Shown here: in pieces, positions 1 through 8,479 of the stretch
Layout of the letters: the number at the start of each line of letters is the position of its first letter
How positions within the stretch are numbered: the first letter of the stretch is position 1
DNA from: Spirochaetia bacterium
Lineage (GTDB): Bacteria > Spirochaetota > Spirochaetia > CADAEX01
Assembly (NCBI GenBank): GCA_045606105.1
Contig: JAZURI010000001.1
Span: 64,001 to 128,000 of the forward strand
DNA length: 64,000 nucleotides
Direction: 5' to 3'
Made by a program: the position numbers and the translations under genes
Notes under the pieces: generated by a model
What the model was told of the DNA's origin: nothing
The model's database searches: none
The model's input: the letters and a program-made list of their open reading frames with translations, nothing else

Positions 1-531
1 GTTTTCGGCTCCACCTTCCTCAGTCTGGGATTCCTGGCATACATATCCGTGATAATTGCCATTCTTACCGGATGGTTCCTTAACAAGACAAGAACCGGAC
101 TTCATCTCCGTGCAGTTGGAGAGAACCCTGCAACAGCAGATGCAGCGGGAATAAATGTAACAAAATATAAGTATCTTTCAAGCCTTATCGGCGGAATGAT
201 TGCCGGATTGGGCGGACTCTACTGGGTAATGGACTACACAGGAGGAACCTGGACCAACAACGGCTTCGGTGACAGGGGATGGCTGGCCATAGCAATCGTT
301 ATCTTTGCTCTGTGGAAAGCCAAGGCAGCAATACTCTGCTCCTTTGTTTTCGGGGGACTCTATATCTGCAGTATCCTGATTCCGGGACTTTCCTCTGCTC
401 AGAAGGAGCTCATAAATATGGCTCCTTACGTGGTTACCATCCTGGTACTTATAATCACCAGCATAAAGAACCACCGGGAGAATCAGCCTCCGGCACATCT
501 GGGACTCAATTATTTCAGGGAAGACAGGTAG
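1..531 (+). CDS. ABC transporter permease (simple sugar/nucleoside type), 5'-truncated by window
   Basis: Frame open from base 1; motif TRTGLHLRAVGENPATADAAGINV and GRGW-like LAIAIVIF typical of BPD_transp_2 permeases. Confidence 0.85.
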   Translation, partial: VFGSTFLSLGFLAYISVIIAILTGWFLNKTRTGLHLRAVGENPATADAAGINVTKYKYLSSLIGGMIAGLGGLYWVMDYTGGTWTNNGFGDRGWLAIAIVIFALWKAKAAILCSFVFGGLYICSILIPGLSSAQKELINMAPYVVTILVLIITSIKNHRENQPPAHLGLNYFREDR

Positions 532-534
532 GAC

Positions 535-762
535 TTATTTTACAGCCTTACCATCCAGAATGAAGAATTTATCCTTGTTTGGTTCAATCTCAGGCTTTAC
601 CACCTTTTCGGTCCAGTCCTGAGGTGCTACCTCTTCAAAGGAAACTGAAATTGCCTCTCTGGGACAACCCCACAGCTCTTCAAAAGCTGCTGTAATCCTG
701 TCAGCAACCTCTTTCTTTATCTTTTCATCCTTTGGATAAGCTTTTACTGCAATGTATGGCAT
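535..762 (-). CDS. 4-oxalocrotonate tautomerase family protein
   Basis: M-P start (catalytic Pro1), 75 aa, AISVSFEEV..DW pattern; RBS GAAGGAG upstream of ATG 762. Confidence 0.8.
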   Translation of the reverse strand: MPYIAVKAYPKDEKIKKEVADRITAAFEELWGCPREAISVSFEEVAPQDWTEKVVKPEIEPNKDKFFILDGKAVK

Positions 763-861
763 AGTTTTACTCCTTCTTTGATTATAGCACGACAGACCTG
801 ACAAAGAAAGGGAAAGTTGGAATTTGTTGCTTTTCTCTTTGTTTTTTCTTATCTTATGAAT

Positions 862-1572
862 ATGGAAAACAAGAAAGCTGTTGTGGCTGGTGCCGTGGTG
901 CTGGCATTGGGAATCCTTTTTGCAGGAATTTCCCTTACATTCGGAATTAAAGCATTGAAGGCAGATCAGAGAACCGTAACTGTACGCGGATTGTCAGAAC
1001 GGGAATTTGCTGCGGATATGGCAGCATGGCCGGTAACCTTTACCGTAAGCGGCAACGAGCTCCCTACTCTCCGTCAGGAAATCGTGACCAAGACCGATAT
1101 CATCATCGATTTTCTCAAGGCTCACGGCATCAAGGATGGGGAATACACCGTGAAGGAGCCTGCTATCACCGATATCACAGCCAATCCTTATATGGATCAG
1201 AACCAGAAGCGGTATAAATATTTTGCAAAGAACGTGATTTTTGTCCGTTCATCCGATATTGCGGCTGTAAACTCTGCCTTGACCGATTCTATCAACCTGA
1301 TGGACAGCGGAATTGCACTGTCCAACGAGTACGGCAGCCAGATTGAGTACCTTTTTACAGCTCTCAATGACATAAAGCCTGAGATGATTGCTGAAGCCAC
1401 CAGAAACGCACGGGAGGCAGCGGAGCAGTTTGCACTGGATTCGGGAAGCCGGGTAGGCAAGATCAAGAAGGCGACCCAGGGGCTTTTTTCCATTGAGGAT
1501 GCAGCACCGGGATTGCCTGAGAAAAAGAGCGTCCGGGTGGTCACCACCGTGGAATATATCCTTACAGACTGA
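862..1572 (+). CDS. SIMPL (DUF541) domain protein
   Basis: N-terminal TM helix; RTVTVRGLSERE, KPEMIAEATRNAREAAEQFA..SGS.VG.IK.A.QG.FSI, K.VRVVTTVEY motifs. Confidence 0.85.
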   Translation: MENKKAVVAGAVVLALGILFAGISLTFGIKALKADQRTVTVRGLSEREFAADMAAWPVTFTVSGNELPTLRQEIVTKTDIIIDFLKAHGIKDGEYTVKEPAITDITANPYMDQNQKRYKYFAKNVIFVRSSDIAAVNSALTDSINLMDSGIALSNEYGSQIEYLFTALNDIKPEMIAEATRNAREAAEQFALDSGSRVGKIKKATQGLFSIEDAAPGLPEKKSVRVVTTVEYILTD

Positions 1573-1630
1573 TGTAAAGAAAAACATTGACAATTGCTTT
1601 ATAAAGATGTATCCCTGATTTACAGGGAGA

Positions 1631-1897
1631 ATGACTATGGCAATGACAATGGTAAATTTCAGGATGGATTCCGATCTGAAACAGGAAATGGAGTCTGTCT
1701 GCAAGGAGATGGGATTATCAATGACTACAGCATTCACTATTTTTGCCAGAAAGGTCAGCCGTGAAAAAAGGATACCTTTTGAAATCGCAGTAGATCCTTT
1801 TTATTCAGAAGTAAACATAAACTACCTGAAAAAGCTTGTTTCAGATATCGATTCAGGAAAAGCAGTTTTTACCGAGCACGATATTATTGAGAACTGA
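1631..1897 (+). CDS. RelB/DinJ family antitoxin (no intact toxin gene follows)
   Basis: VNFRMDSDLK..ME.VC.EMGLSMTTAFTIFARKV.RE.RIPFEI..DPFYSE.N signature. Confidence 0.85.
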   Translation: MTMAMTMVNFRMDSDLKQEMESVCKEMGLSMTTAFTIFARKVSREKRIPFEIAVDPFYSEVNINYLKKLVSDIDSGKAVFTEHDIIEN

Positions 1898-1908
1898 GCA
1901 TGAAGCTG

Positions 1909-2340
1909 TCAGAAGTTGATTTCCTGATTTCCAAATTTTAATTTTTTCGGTGTATAGGTATTATAGTCAAAAGTAAGATAATAAGTGGTTCTGATCATTG
2001 CTCCAAATCCATTCTGTGCATCTACATGTCCTTTTGCCGTTATTGTTCCGTCAGAATTTTTAGATGTGAACTCATATTGGTCAAAAGAGCAGAATTTTGC
2101 TGTTGTAGGTGCTACCAGAAGTTCTTTTATTAATGTTTCACAGTAGTACTTACACATGAATATTTCATCCTTTGTTAAATATGTATGGTCATTTATTTTT
2201 CCGACAAAAGATTTATTTTTATAGATTGGTTCTGTATTAACTAAAACTTCATCTATTTTCTGTTCTACAACCCATACCATAAGGTCATTTTTACTTTCTA
2301 TATTTTTATCTTTAATCAAATAACTTTTGTTGTCATTTAT
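1909..2340 (-). pseudogene. 3' half of a zinc-ribbon membrane protein gene interrupted by the prophage
   Basis: L.APTTAKF...GHVDAQNGFGAMIR domain; joins in frame with 36273-36697 after removing 2341-36272 and one TTTAT copy (...FFDGIN|DNKSYLIKDK...). Confidence 0.9.
2336..2340 (+). repeat. 5-bp target-site duplication TTTAT (left copy)
   Basis: Identical TTTAT at 36273-36277 flanking the TG...CA element. Confidence 0.85.
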
Positions 2341-2343
2341 TGT

Positions 2344-2360
2344 AAAGTTGCATGAAGAAT
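2344..2360 (+). repeat. 17-bp sub-terminal inverted repeat (putative transposase binding site), left
   Basis: AAAGTTGCATGAAGAAT; exact reverse complement at 36105-36121. Confidence 0.7.
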
Positions 2361-2548
2361 AAGAAAACTATTTCTTACTTGTAATTCATTATAAATATCT
2401 ATAAATAAAAGAAATAATTCTATTCATCCTTTATAATTCTCATGAACATTAAAAACTGTTAAAAATGAAGAAAAAAGCCTTTTAAACCCCTGTTTAACCC
2501 CCTTTTTTGACCAATCTTGTTACCTAAACTGTTACCCTAAAATTTTAA

Positions 2549-2576
2549 AGAGAGTACCGGTTTCCCGGCACCCTCT
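2549..2576 (-). terminator. Hairpin/terminator after Dam-family methylase
   Basis: Minus strand AGAGGGTGCCGG-GAAA-CCGGTACTCTCT, 12-bp stem with G-U pairs and GNRA loop; weak U tail. Confidence 0.55.
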
Positions 2577-3358
2577 TAAATCTGATAATTAGCAGTCAAT
2601 ACCTCAATCTTTTCCTTTGGGTTCCCAGACTGAATTGACATAGGCTTTGCCATTCTTATTTCTATCTGATACCAACCATTTTTCTTGGTATATTCTCGAA
2701 GCAGCGGATGTCTAAAGGAACTAAGAAGAAACTTCCCTGAAATAGTTTCCAATAATTGAAGAAGCCGCTCAAAGTCCTCTTTCGAATATCCATCGTAATG
2801 TCCCTGGTCAGTATCCGGATACGGTGGGTCTAAATAAAAGAATGTTTCGGGTCTGTCTCTTGAACTTATTATTTTAAGAGCGTCATAACATTCTATCTGA
2901 ACATTTTGAAGCCTGATAGCCAAATCTTCTGAAAATTGCTCACGCTTGTTTTTAAGCTTTTTAGTTGTAGTTCCGCCCACATCATAACCCCATCCAGCTT
3001 CCCAACTGGCTCCAAAAGAAGCGTTGGCTAAAACCCAAACGGCCCAGGCTCTTTTAATTTTGTCAAACATCTCTGGATTCTCGTTTATTACTCGTGCCTG
3101 GTGATGAAGTCTCCGGCTGTGCAGGCTTATCATAATTTCTTGAGCGAGTAACGAGAAATGATTCTGCAGCACCTCGTAAAAATTGATAAGTTCTCCATTC
3201 GTGTCGTTGATGATTTCCGAAGCGGAAGGTTCCTTCCTGAAAAACACAGCGCCGCCCCCGATAAATGGTTCGCAGTAAATTTCATGTTTTGGCATTAAGC
3301 TGATAATTTTCTGTGCCAGCTGTTGTTTGCCCCCATAGTAAGTAATTGGTGTCTTCAT
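2576..3358 (-). CDS. DNA adenine methyltransferase, D12/Dam class (phage)
   Basis: YYGGK, YCEPFIGGGAVFF, EIINDTN, FFYLDPPY motifs; RBS AAAGGAGG. Confidence 0.9.
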   Translation of the reverse strand: MKTPITYYGGKQQLAQKIISLMPKHEIYCEPFIGGGAVFFRKEPSASEIINDTNGELINFYEVLQNHFSLLAQEIMISLHSRRLHHQARVINENPEMFDKIKRAWAVWVLANASFGASWEAGWGYDVGGTTTKKLKNKREQFSEDLAIRLQNVQIECYDALKIISSRDRPETFFYLDPPYPDTDQGHYDGYSKEDFERLLQLLETISGKFLLSSFRHPLLREYTKKNGWYQIEIRMAKPMSIQSGNPKEKIEVLTANYQI

Positions 3359-3404
3359 TGTTTTCCTCCTTTAGATAATGAAGAACCGCACCGATAAATT
3401 AATT

Positions 3405-3479
3405 ACGGATGATAGCAGTTTTACTGCAGGTGGTGCTACACCTGGCCGGGGGGGGGCGTCCCCTCGACCTGTCATCCGT
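3405..3479 (+). ncRNA. Putative cloverleaf-like structured RNA between the two methylase genes
   Basis: 11-bp closing stem ACGGATGATAG/CTGTCATCCGT enclosing three hairpins; TAGATA-17-TAAATT promoter-like motif ends just upstream. Confidence 0.45.
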
Positions 3480-3496
3480 TTATCTTGCGGTACCAG

Positions 3497-4160
3497 TTAT
3501 TCTTTTTCATTTCCAAATATCCTTTTTTTTGCAATATCGAAGTATTTCTCTTGAATCTCATAACCTATAAACTTGCGATTCAGCACCTTGGCAGCTACAC
3601 CTGTGGTACCACTCCCCATAAAGCAATCCAGGACAACATCGTTTTCTGTTGTACCGTCTTGGATAAGTTTTTTAATAAGGTTGACAGGCTTCTGGGTAGG
3701 ATGGACTTTCTCTCCATCTGTTTTTTTAGCCCCAGAAGAAAACCCAGGAATATCCATAATAACATTACTCCCCCCCCCTCGAAATTTTTGATTTTCCAGT
3801 TGCAAAAATAATAAACTCATGAGCATAGCTATAATAAGAGCCGGGTCCGGCTCCTTTGTCCCAGACTAACAAGTTTTTGATTGTAAGAAACTCATTGATG
3901 ATGGGGTAATAGAACGCATAACCCCGCCAGTCAGTAAAAAAGTAAAAGGAATAATCTGCAGAAAGAACCCTTTTTATTTCTTTCATCAGAGCTTTAAAAA
4001 AATAGGCACTGATATTCAGGTCCGCAAATTCATAGGAACTGCCGTTGTGACTAAGACCTTGGAAGTAAGGAGGGTCTGTAATAATGCAGTTGACGCCGTG
4101 ATCCGGCAGTTTCTTTATTCCTTCGAGGCAATCCGTGTTATAAATTTTTACATTTTCCAT
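3497..4160 (-). pseudogene. Beta-class N6A/N4C DNA methyltransferase, frameshifted at a G9 tract (possibly phase-variable)
   Basis: N-half has IITDPPY, C-half has HPTQKP and VLDCFMGSGTTG; removing one G from the run at 3770-3778 gives a single 220-aa ORF. Confidence 0.85.
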
Positions 4161-4161
4161 A

Positions 4162-4189
4162 TTGACTTCCTTTAAAAATATGTTATTAT
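4162..4189 (+). promoter_or_regulatory. Putative sigma70 promoter facing the MuF 3' end (antisense)
   Basis: TTGACT (4162-4167), 16-nt spacer, extended -10 TGtTATTAT (4181-4189). Confidence 0.55.
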
Positions 4190-4195
4190 TAATTT

Positions 4196-4271
4196 AGAAG
4201 TGGAAACCAAGGAAGCGATGTATTCCCGCCTATGGAATATGGAGCTAAACATTATGGTTTCCATTTTTTTT
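4196..4271 (+). ncRNA. Putative ~75-nt antisense structured RNA overlapping the MuF-nuclease stop codon
   Basis: 5' AGAAGTGGAAACCA pairs with 3' TGGTTTCCATTTTT (G-U only on + strand), inner hairpin TATTCC-7nt-GGAATA, T8 tail, upstream promoter. Confidence 0.45.
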
Positions 4272-5733
4272 GCTTTATCGTTTGCCGTGAAATATTATAA
4301 ATTTTGTTCTGCCAGTCTAAAATTACTTCTTTAACAGGGGTCATAATAACCCCTTTATACAATCCATTAATAATTTCATCGGAAGTTGTTTCTGGCAAGG
4401 CTTTTATATATACAATTCTTGCATGTTGAGCTCGACCAGCCCGCTGAATATCATTAGCAATAGAAGTTGTTTTAGGGTTTTTCATTTCACCAATTTGGTT
4501 GTCAATTAACATGTCTGGATTCTTAACTTTAAAAAGGTTACCAGCAGGCAGCATATAAACCTTGTGTCCATTATCTGCTAATCTCCTTGCATTATCATAT
4601 TCTATTTTTGCATCTGTAGGTTCTTTTGCTTCATCCCAGTTTGTGGCTAGTTTTATATAGCCCCCTGTTTTTGATGTATAGTCCAATTTATACCCTTTAA
4701 GTATTTCTTTCTGATAATTTTTCATGTCAAGGTCATATGCCTCCTGAAGAACATCTTTCCAGATTCCAAAATCCTCTGCTCTTTTAATCATAGACGGAGT
4801 AAGTTGCCACCAACTTTCTTTTTCTACAGGATTACCACCGAATCCCTCCTGTGGTTTAAATTTGCGGAACCGCTTCATAGGAGGTTCCTCAACAATTACA
4901 TCTTTGGCAACCTGGGAACTATAAATTCCACGGAATGTTGTCCTGCAATTAAAATGATAAGGTGGGTATCCATACCGATCCCAGAAAGGATGGTCTGCAG
5001 GGAGAGCCAACCCATTAGTCTCCTGAAAAAGCTCGTGGCAGATATGGCTCTGGCGGTCATCATTGATAAAGAAAAGCTGTATAGCCACCGGTTTTGTATC
5101 TTCAAACTCGGTGAGCTTGCCGGAAGTATATATGGTGTTCATATTTGTCCGGTAAACAGTCTCCCAATAGCCCGGTCTTATCGGATCAATATTATCGGTG
5201 TCTATGAGATTTTTTAAATCGCTCCAGCTCTCTGAAATTCCTTTGCCTTTCTCCACTGCATCTATAAGCTGCTGCTGCACCTGGTATACATAATCTGCCT
5301 TGGTCTGGTTTGCAACGCAAAAAGCTCTAAACCGCAGCTTTGGTTCAAGCTCTTCCCATTCTTCTTGGGTAACAGGAATTTGACCTCTTAAGAAATCAAG
5401 AGATTTATCAAATACGACTTCATCAACATCTGCAGAGTTGATTTTTTTAGCCGCATGATTCATTCCGAGCAAGAACGCTCCGGCAAAGGTTATTTCTGAA
5501 TCTTCTACCAATTTGTTGTCGGATGCGATATCGATAGAATAGGCTTCTTCTATCTTTTCTTTTGCAGGAGCTTTGCCATCTGGTGAAAGATGCTTTAAAT
5601 AGTTTTTTAACTCTTCTGCAACAGCCTTATAAAAACGTTTTTTTGCAGCGGTGACAAAGTTCTCAAACTCCTGGCTTTTTATGACTTCCTCTGCAAAGCT
5701 TGTGTCGCTTAAGAGAAGTTCAGAGCTTTTTTT
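4252..5733 (-). CDS. Mu gpF-like minor head protein with C-terminal CdiA-like PD-(D/E)xK nuclease domain; probably expressed as a portal fusion by frameshift
   Basis: ETVYRTN and WD..YPPYHFNCRT MuF motifs; C-terminal NPDMLIDNQIGEMK...RAGRAQHARIV; frame open from 5733 but first ATG/GTG/TTG only at 5511. Confidence 0.8.
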   Translation of the reverse strand, partial: KKSSELLLSDTSFAEEVIKSQEFENFVTAAKKRFYKAVAEELKNYLKHLSPDGKAPAKEKIEEAYSIDIASDNKLVEDSEITFAGAFLLGMNHAAKKINSADVDEVVFDKSLDFLRGQIPVTQEEWEELEPKLRFRAFCVANQTKADYVYQVQQQLIDAVEKGKGISESWSDLKNLIDTDNIDPIRPGYWETVYRTNMNTIYTSGKLTEFEDTKPVAIQLFFINDDRQSHICHELFQETNGLALPADHPFWDRYGYPPYHFNCRTTFRGIYSSQVAKDVIVEEPPMKRFRKFKPQEGFGGNPVEKESWWQLTPSMIKRAEDFGIWKDVLQEAYDLDMKNYQKEILKGYKLDYTSKTGGYIKLATNWDEAKEPTDAKIEYDNARRLADNGHKVYMLPAGNLFKVKNPDMLIDNQIGEMKNPKTTSIANDIQRAGRAQHARIVYIKALPETTSDEIINGLYKGVIMTPVKEVILDWQNKIYNISRQTIKQKKWKP

Positions 5734-6929
5734 TTACCAGAATCAGAAAGCATAAAACCCTGGGGCTGTGTCTCTTTCTTGAAAGTGTCATCATCATCGG
5801 CAGGCTGTGGCAATCCGTAGTCTGTATAAAGGGCCTGCTTGGACACAGGAACACCTCTGTCTATTGCCTGCATAAGCTGGTCAAAGCTGGCCTTCTTCTC
5901 GACATTGAACTCAAACTTTGGAGCTATGACATCGGGGCCAAAGTTAAGCTCTACAGTCCAGTCAATTACATGCTGGAGGACGTTCTGCAGCTCCAGGGCA
6001 ATTCCCTTGCAGTCCTCATATAAAAGATCTGCCTGGACTTCTCCCAGGGCAAGGCTGCCGCCGTCTGTCTTGCTGGTGGCAATAGCCTGGCCAGTCAGAC
6101 CGTAACAGATTTGTGTGTCGCAGGCGTCGACCAGGGAAGCAAATCCAATAAGATCTCCTGCCATCCCGACTTCCTTGACATCCCGGATATTTGCCACAGC
6201 TGATGCGGAGCCGGACTCCACACCCAGCAGCATGCGGGCTATATCGTCGGCGCGTTTCTGGATTGAATTCTCATCTCCGTCTGCCTCGAACAGAGCGATG
6301 ATTGATTTGACGCTAAACTTCTCGGTGGCCTGGAGCCAGAACTCGTAGCCGGCCTGCTTGAACATCCATGCCCAGTACACGCAGCGGAGGACAGATGTAC
6401 CATAAGGGTTCTCGTCGTCCGGGTCGTGCTGGAAACGGAGCCACTTATAGTCCTCGTCCAGCTTCTTGCGGTCGCCTATGCCGCCCCAGAAAAGTTCCCA
6501 GTCCGCATTGAAGTAAAAGCGGTCAGGTTTCCTGGTGATGATATTCTCCGGTATCCACTTGCCGGAATTTAAAGCCGGATCTGCCCAGACAAGTTCAGAG
6601 ATGGAAAAACCGTAGTCGAGGGCTGCGAGCATTCTTTTCTCTTTTTTGTACATGTTTTGGAACAGGGGGATATTCCTGATAAAATCATATACTTTGTCAG
6701 GGCAATCTTCCGGCTGATTTATAGCGTGTGGGAAATTGAGGGCAGTGGTCTTGAGCTTGTTCAGGAGAGATTTGATCCTACCGTCTGTCCTCATCTTGCG
6801 GTAGGTCTCGTATGACTCGACAGTTCCCGAGACTATGTCATCAGGGTTTGGCATATAGTTGAGGAAAGACCCCAGCTTGTTGTCGTTTATGACCTGGCTG
6901 GTCATTGTTTTTTTGTCCGCTTTTTTCAT
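5709..6929 (-). CDS. Portal protein (Mu gp29/DUF935-like)
   Basis: ALDYGFSISELVW, NPYGTSVLR..YW.W.FK, GGSLALGEVQ motifs; directly after terminase. Confidence 0.9.
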   Translation of the reverse strand: MKKADKKTMTSQVINDNKLGSFLNYMPNPDDIVSGTVESYETYRKMRTDGRIKSLLNKLKTTALNFPHAINQPEDCPDKVYDFIRNIPLFQNMYKKEKRMLAALDYGFSISELVWADPALNSGKWIPENIITRKPDRFYFNADWELFWGGIGDRKKLDEDYKWLRFQHDPDDENPYGTSVLRCVYWAWMFKQAGYEFWLQATEKFSVKSIIALFEADGDENSIQKRADDIARMLLGVESGSASAVANIRDVKEVGMAGDLIGFASLVDACDTQICYGLTGQAIATSKTDGGSLALGEVQADLLYEDCKGIALELQNVLQHVIDWTVELNFGPDVIAPKFEFNVEKKASFDQLMQAIDRGVPVSKQALYTDYGLPQPADDDDTFKKETQPQGFMLSDSGKKKALNFS

Positions 6930-8479
6930 ATTCTCGCTCTCCTGATAATATTCTTTGACTTAGGATGATGGTGGTGCCGGCTTACTGCGACTGTACCGGT
7001 ACCGGCTTTTTCGGCTGCCTTGATTGCCAGCCACAAGCCGTCACACAGGTCATCGTATGCGCCCAGCGGAAATTCTGTAAGCTGGGTCTCTATATTGCTG
7101 GTTCCTTTCTCGGGGAACCGTACAAAGCCGTTCTGTATAAGCATGGAGTAGGACCTGATGCGCATCTCCTTTGATGCGCCGCCGGTACCTACTTTTATAA
7201 TAGGAAGATAAACGCTCCGCTCTATGCCCAGCTTCTGGATATAATTGCCATAGATTCCAGAGAACGCCACATCCTCCCATGCTATTGCGCCGAACCGGTA
7301 AGCCCGGTGCAGCATTATCATCTGATCCACAGTCCTCTGCTCGCTGCAGGCTTCTCCGAAACAAGGCAGCACATAGATGATGCCGGTTTCTTTGTCCCTG
7401 GCAATAGGCACCTCTGCAGTACCGTCGTGCTTGCCTGTCGCAGGGTCGACACCCAGGAAGAACCGCAGGTTCCCTTTGGGTGGCAGGCTGCTGTAACGGT
7501 TGGCATCAATCCATTCCTGTTGGATGATACGCTCCTCATCGGCCAGCGGCTCGTTCATATATTCTGTGCTGAACGCTGCGACACCGATGGTCTTCTTTTT
7601 CTCCTCAAGGGATTCCAGATCCCAGTATTCCGGCCACAGTGGTGTGCCGTCTGGGCGTATACATCCCAGGCGCACGGCAATCCACTTGACCAGGGTACCA
7701 GCCTCCAGCTCACGGCAGAGCCTGGATATAGGGTCGTCGTTGTGGAATATGGTGTTGACCCAGATGATGAATGCTTTCTTGCCCAGATTGAATACAACCC
7801 GTTTAAGCCATCGGTATATCTTGTTCCTCTGGGTAGGTGAGTTTACAGCATCATCCTTCAGAAGGTCGTCTGCTACAATCAGATCAGGGCGGTACTGGCG
7901 GTATCTGGTACCTCGCATGGAGGCACCGGAACCTTTAGACTGCAGGCAGGTGCCGTTTGCAAGCTCAAGCCTCTTGTTGGTCCATACTTTTCCCTGGAGC
8001 TGTCCGAAGTCCTCTGCAAGGCGCTCGTTCTCCTCCAGCTCAAGCTTGATATTGTTAAGGTTCTCGCTGGCAGCGTCACCGCTTGCGCCTATAAGAAGCA
8101 CATATCTTGCGCGGCCGGTCAGGACACACCACAGCACATAAGCAAATGACCAGCGGACTGTCTTACCATGCTCTCTCGGCTCGATGAACATGGCTCCTGA
8201 TATCTTTGTGGTTGCCCGGAGCAGCGGCCAGTATTTCTCCCGGACAAAATATCTCAGGTGCTGGGCGTTAGCTGCAGAGAGGCTGCGGCTGTTGGCCACA
8301 TCATATAGCACCTGCTGGTATTCCGCAGGATCCTCAAAGAAGTAGTCTGATAAATAATACTGGCAGAAAAAGCCGAAGTCCTTGGCCGCTTTCTCTTTGC
8401 GCCGCGCAGCTTCAGAGGCTTTTTCAATATCGTTAAAACTGCCATTTAACAGCTCGGCTAATGCCGATTTATCAGCCAT
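6926..8479 (-). CDS. Terminase large subunit
   Basis: Walker A-like PREHGKT, RPDLIVADD Walker B, FSTEYMNEP, GVDPA and YDDLCDG nuclease motifs. Confidence 0.92.
   Translation of the reverse strand: MADKSALAELLNGSFNDIEKASEAARRKEKAAKDFGFFCQYYLSDYFFEDPAEYQQVLYDVANSRSLSAANAQHLRYFVREKYWPLLRATTKISGAMFIEPREHGKTVRWSFAYVLWCVLTGRARYVLLIGASGDAASENLNNIKLELEENERLAEDFGQLQGKVWTNKRLELANGTCLQSKGSGASMRGTRYRQYRPDLIVADDLLKDDAVNSPTQRNKIYRWLKRVVFNLGKKAFIIWVNTIFHNDDPISRLCRELEAGTLVKWIAVRLGCIRPDGTPLWPEYWDLESLEEKKKTIGVAAFSTEYMNEPLADEERIIQQEWIDANRYSSLPPKGNLRFFLGVDPATGKHDGTAEVPIARDKETGIIYVLPCFGEACSEQRTVDQMIMLHRAYRFGAIAWEDVAFSGIYGNYIQKLGIERSVYLPIIKVGTGGASKEMRIRSYSMLIQNGFVRFPEKGTSNIETQLTEFPLGAYDDLCDGLWLAIKAAEKAGTGTVAVSRHHHHPKSKNIIRRARI

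Noticed and set aside
1907-1912. TGTCAG after the toxin-like ATG as the prophage left end
   Set aside because: No matching right end or target duplication; 2341/36272 give TG...CA, a 5-bp TSD and in-frame gene repair
3485-3811. 108-aa + strand ORF
   Set aside because: Antisense shadow of the methylase C-half, no RBS or motifs
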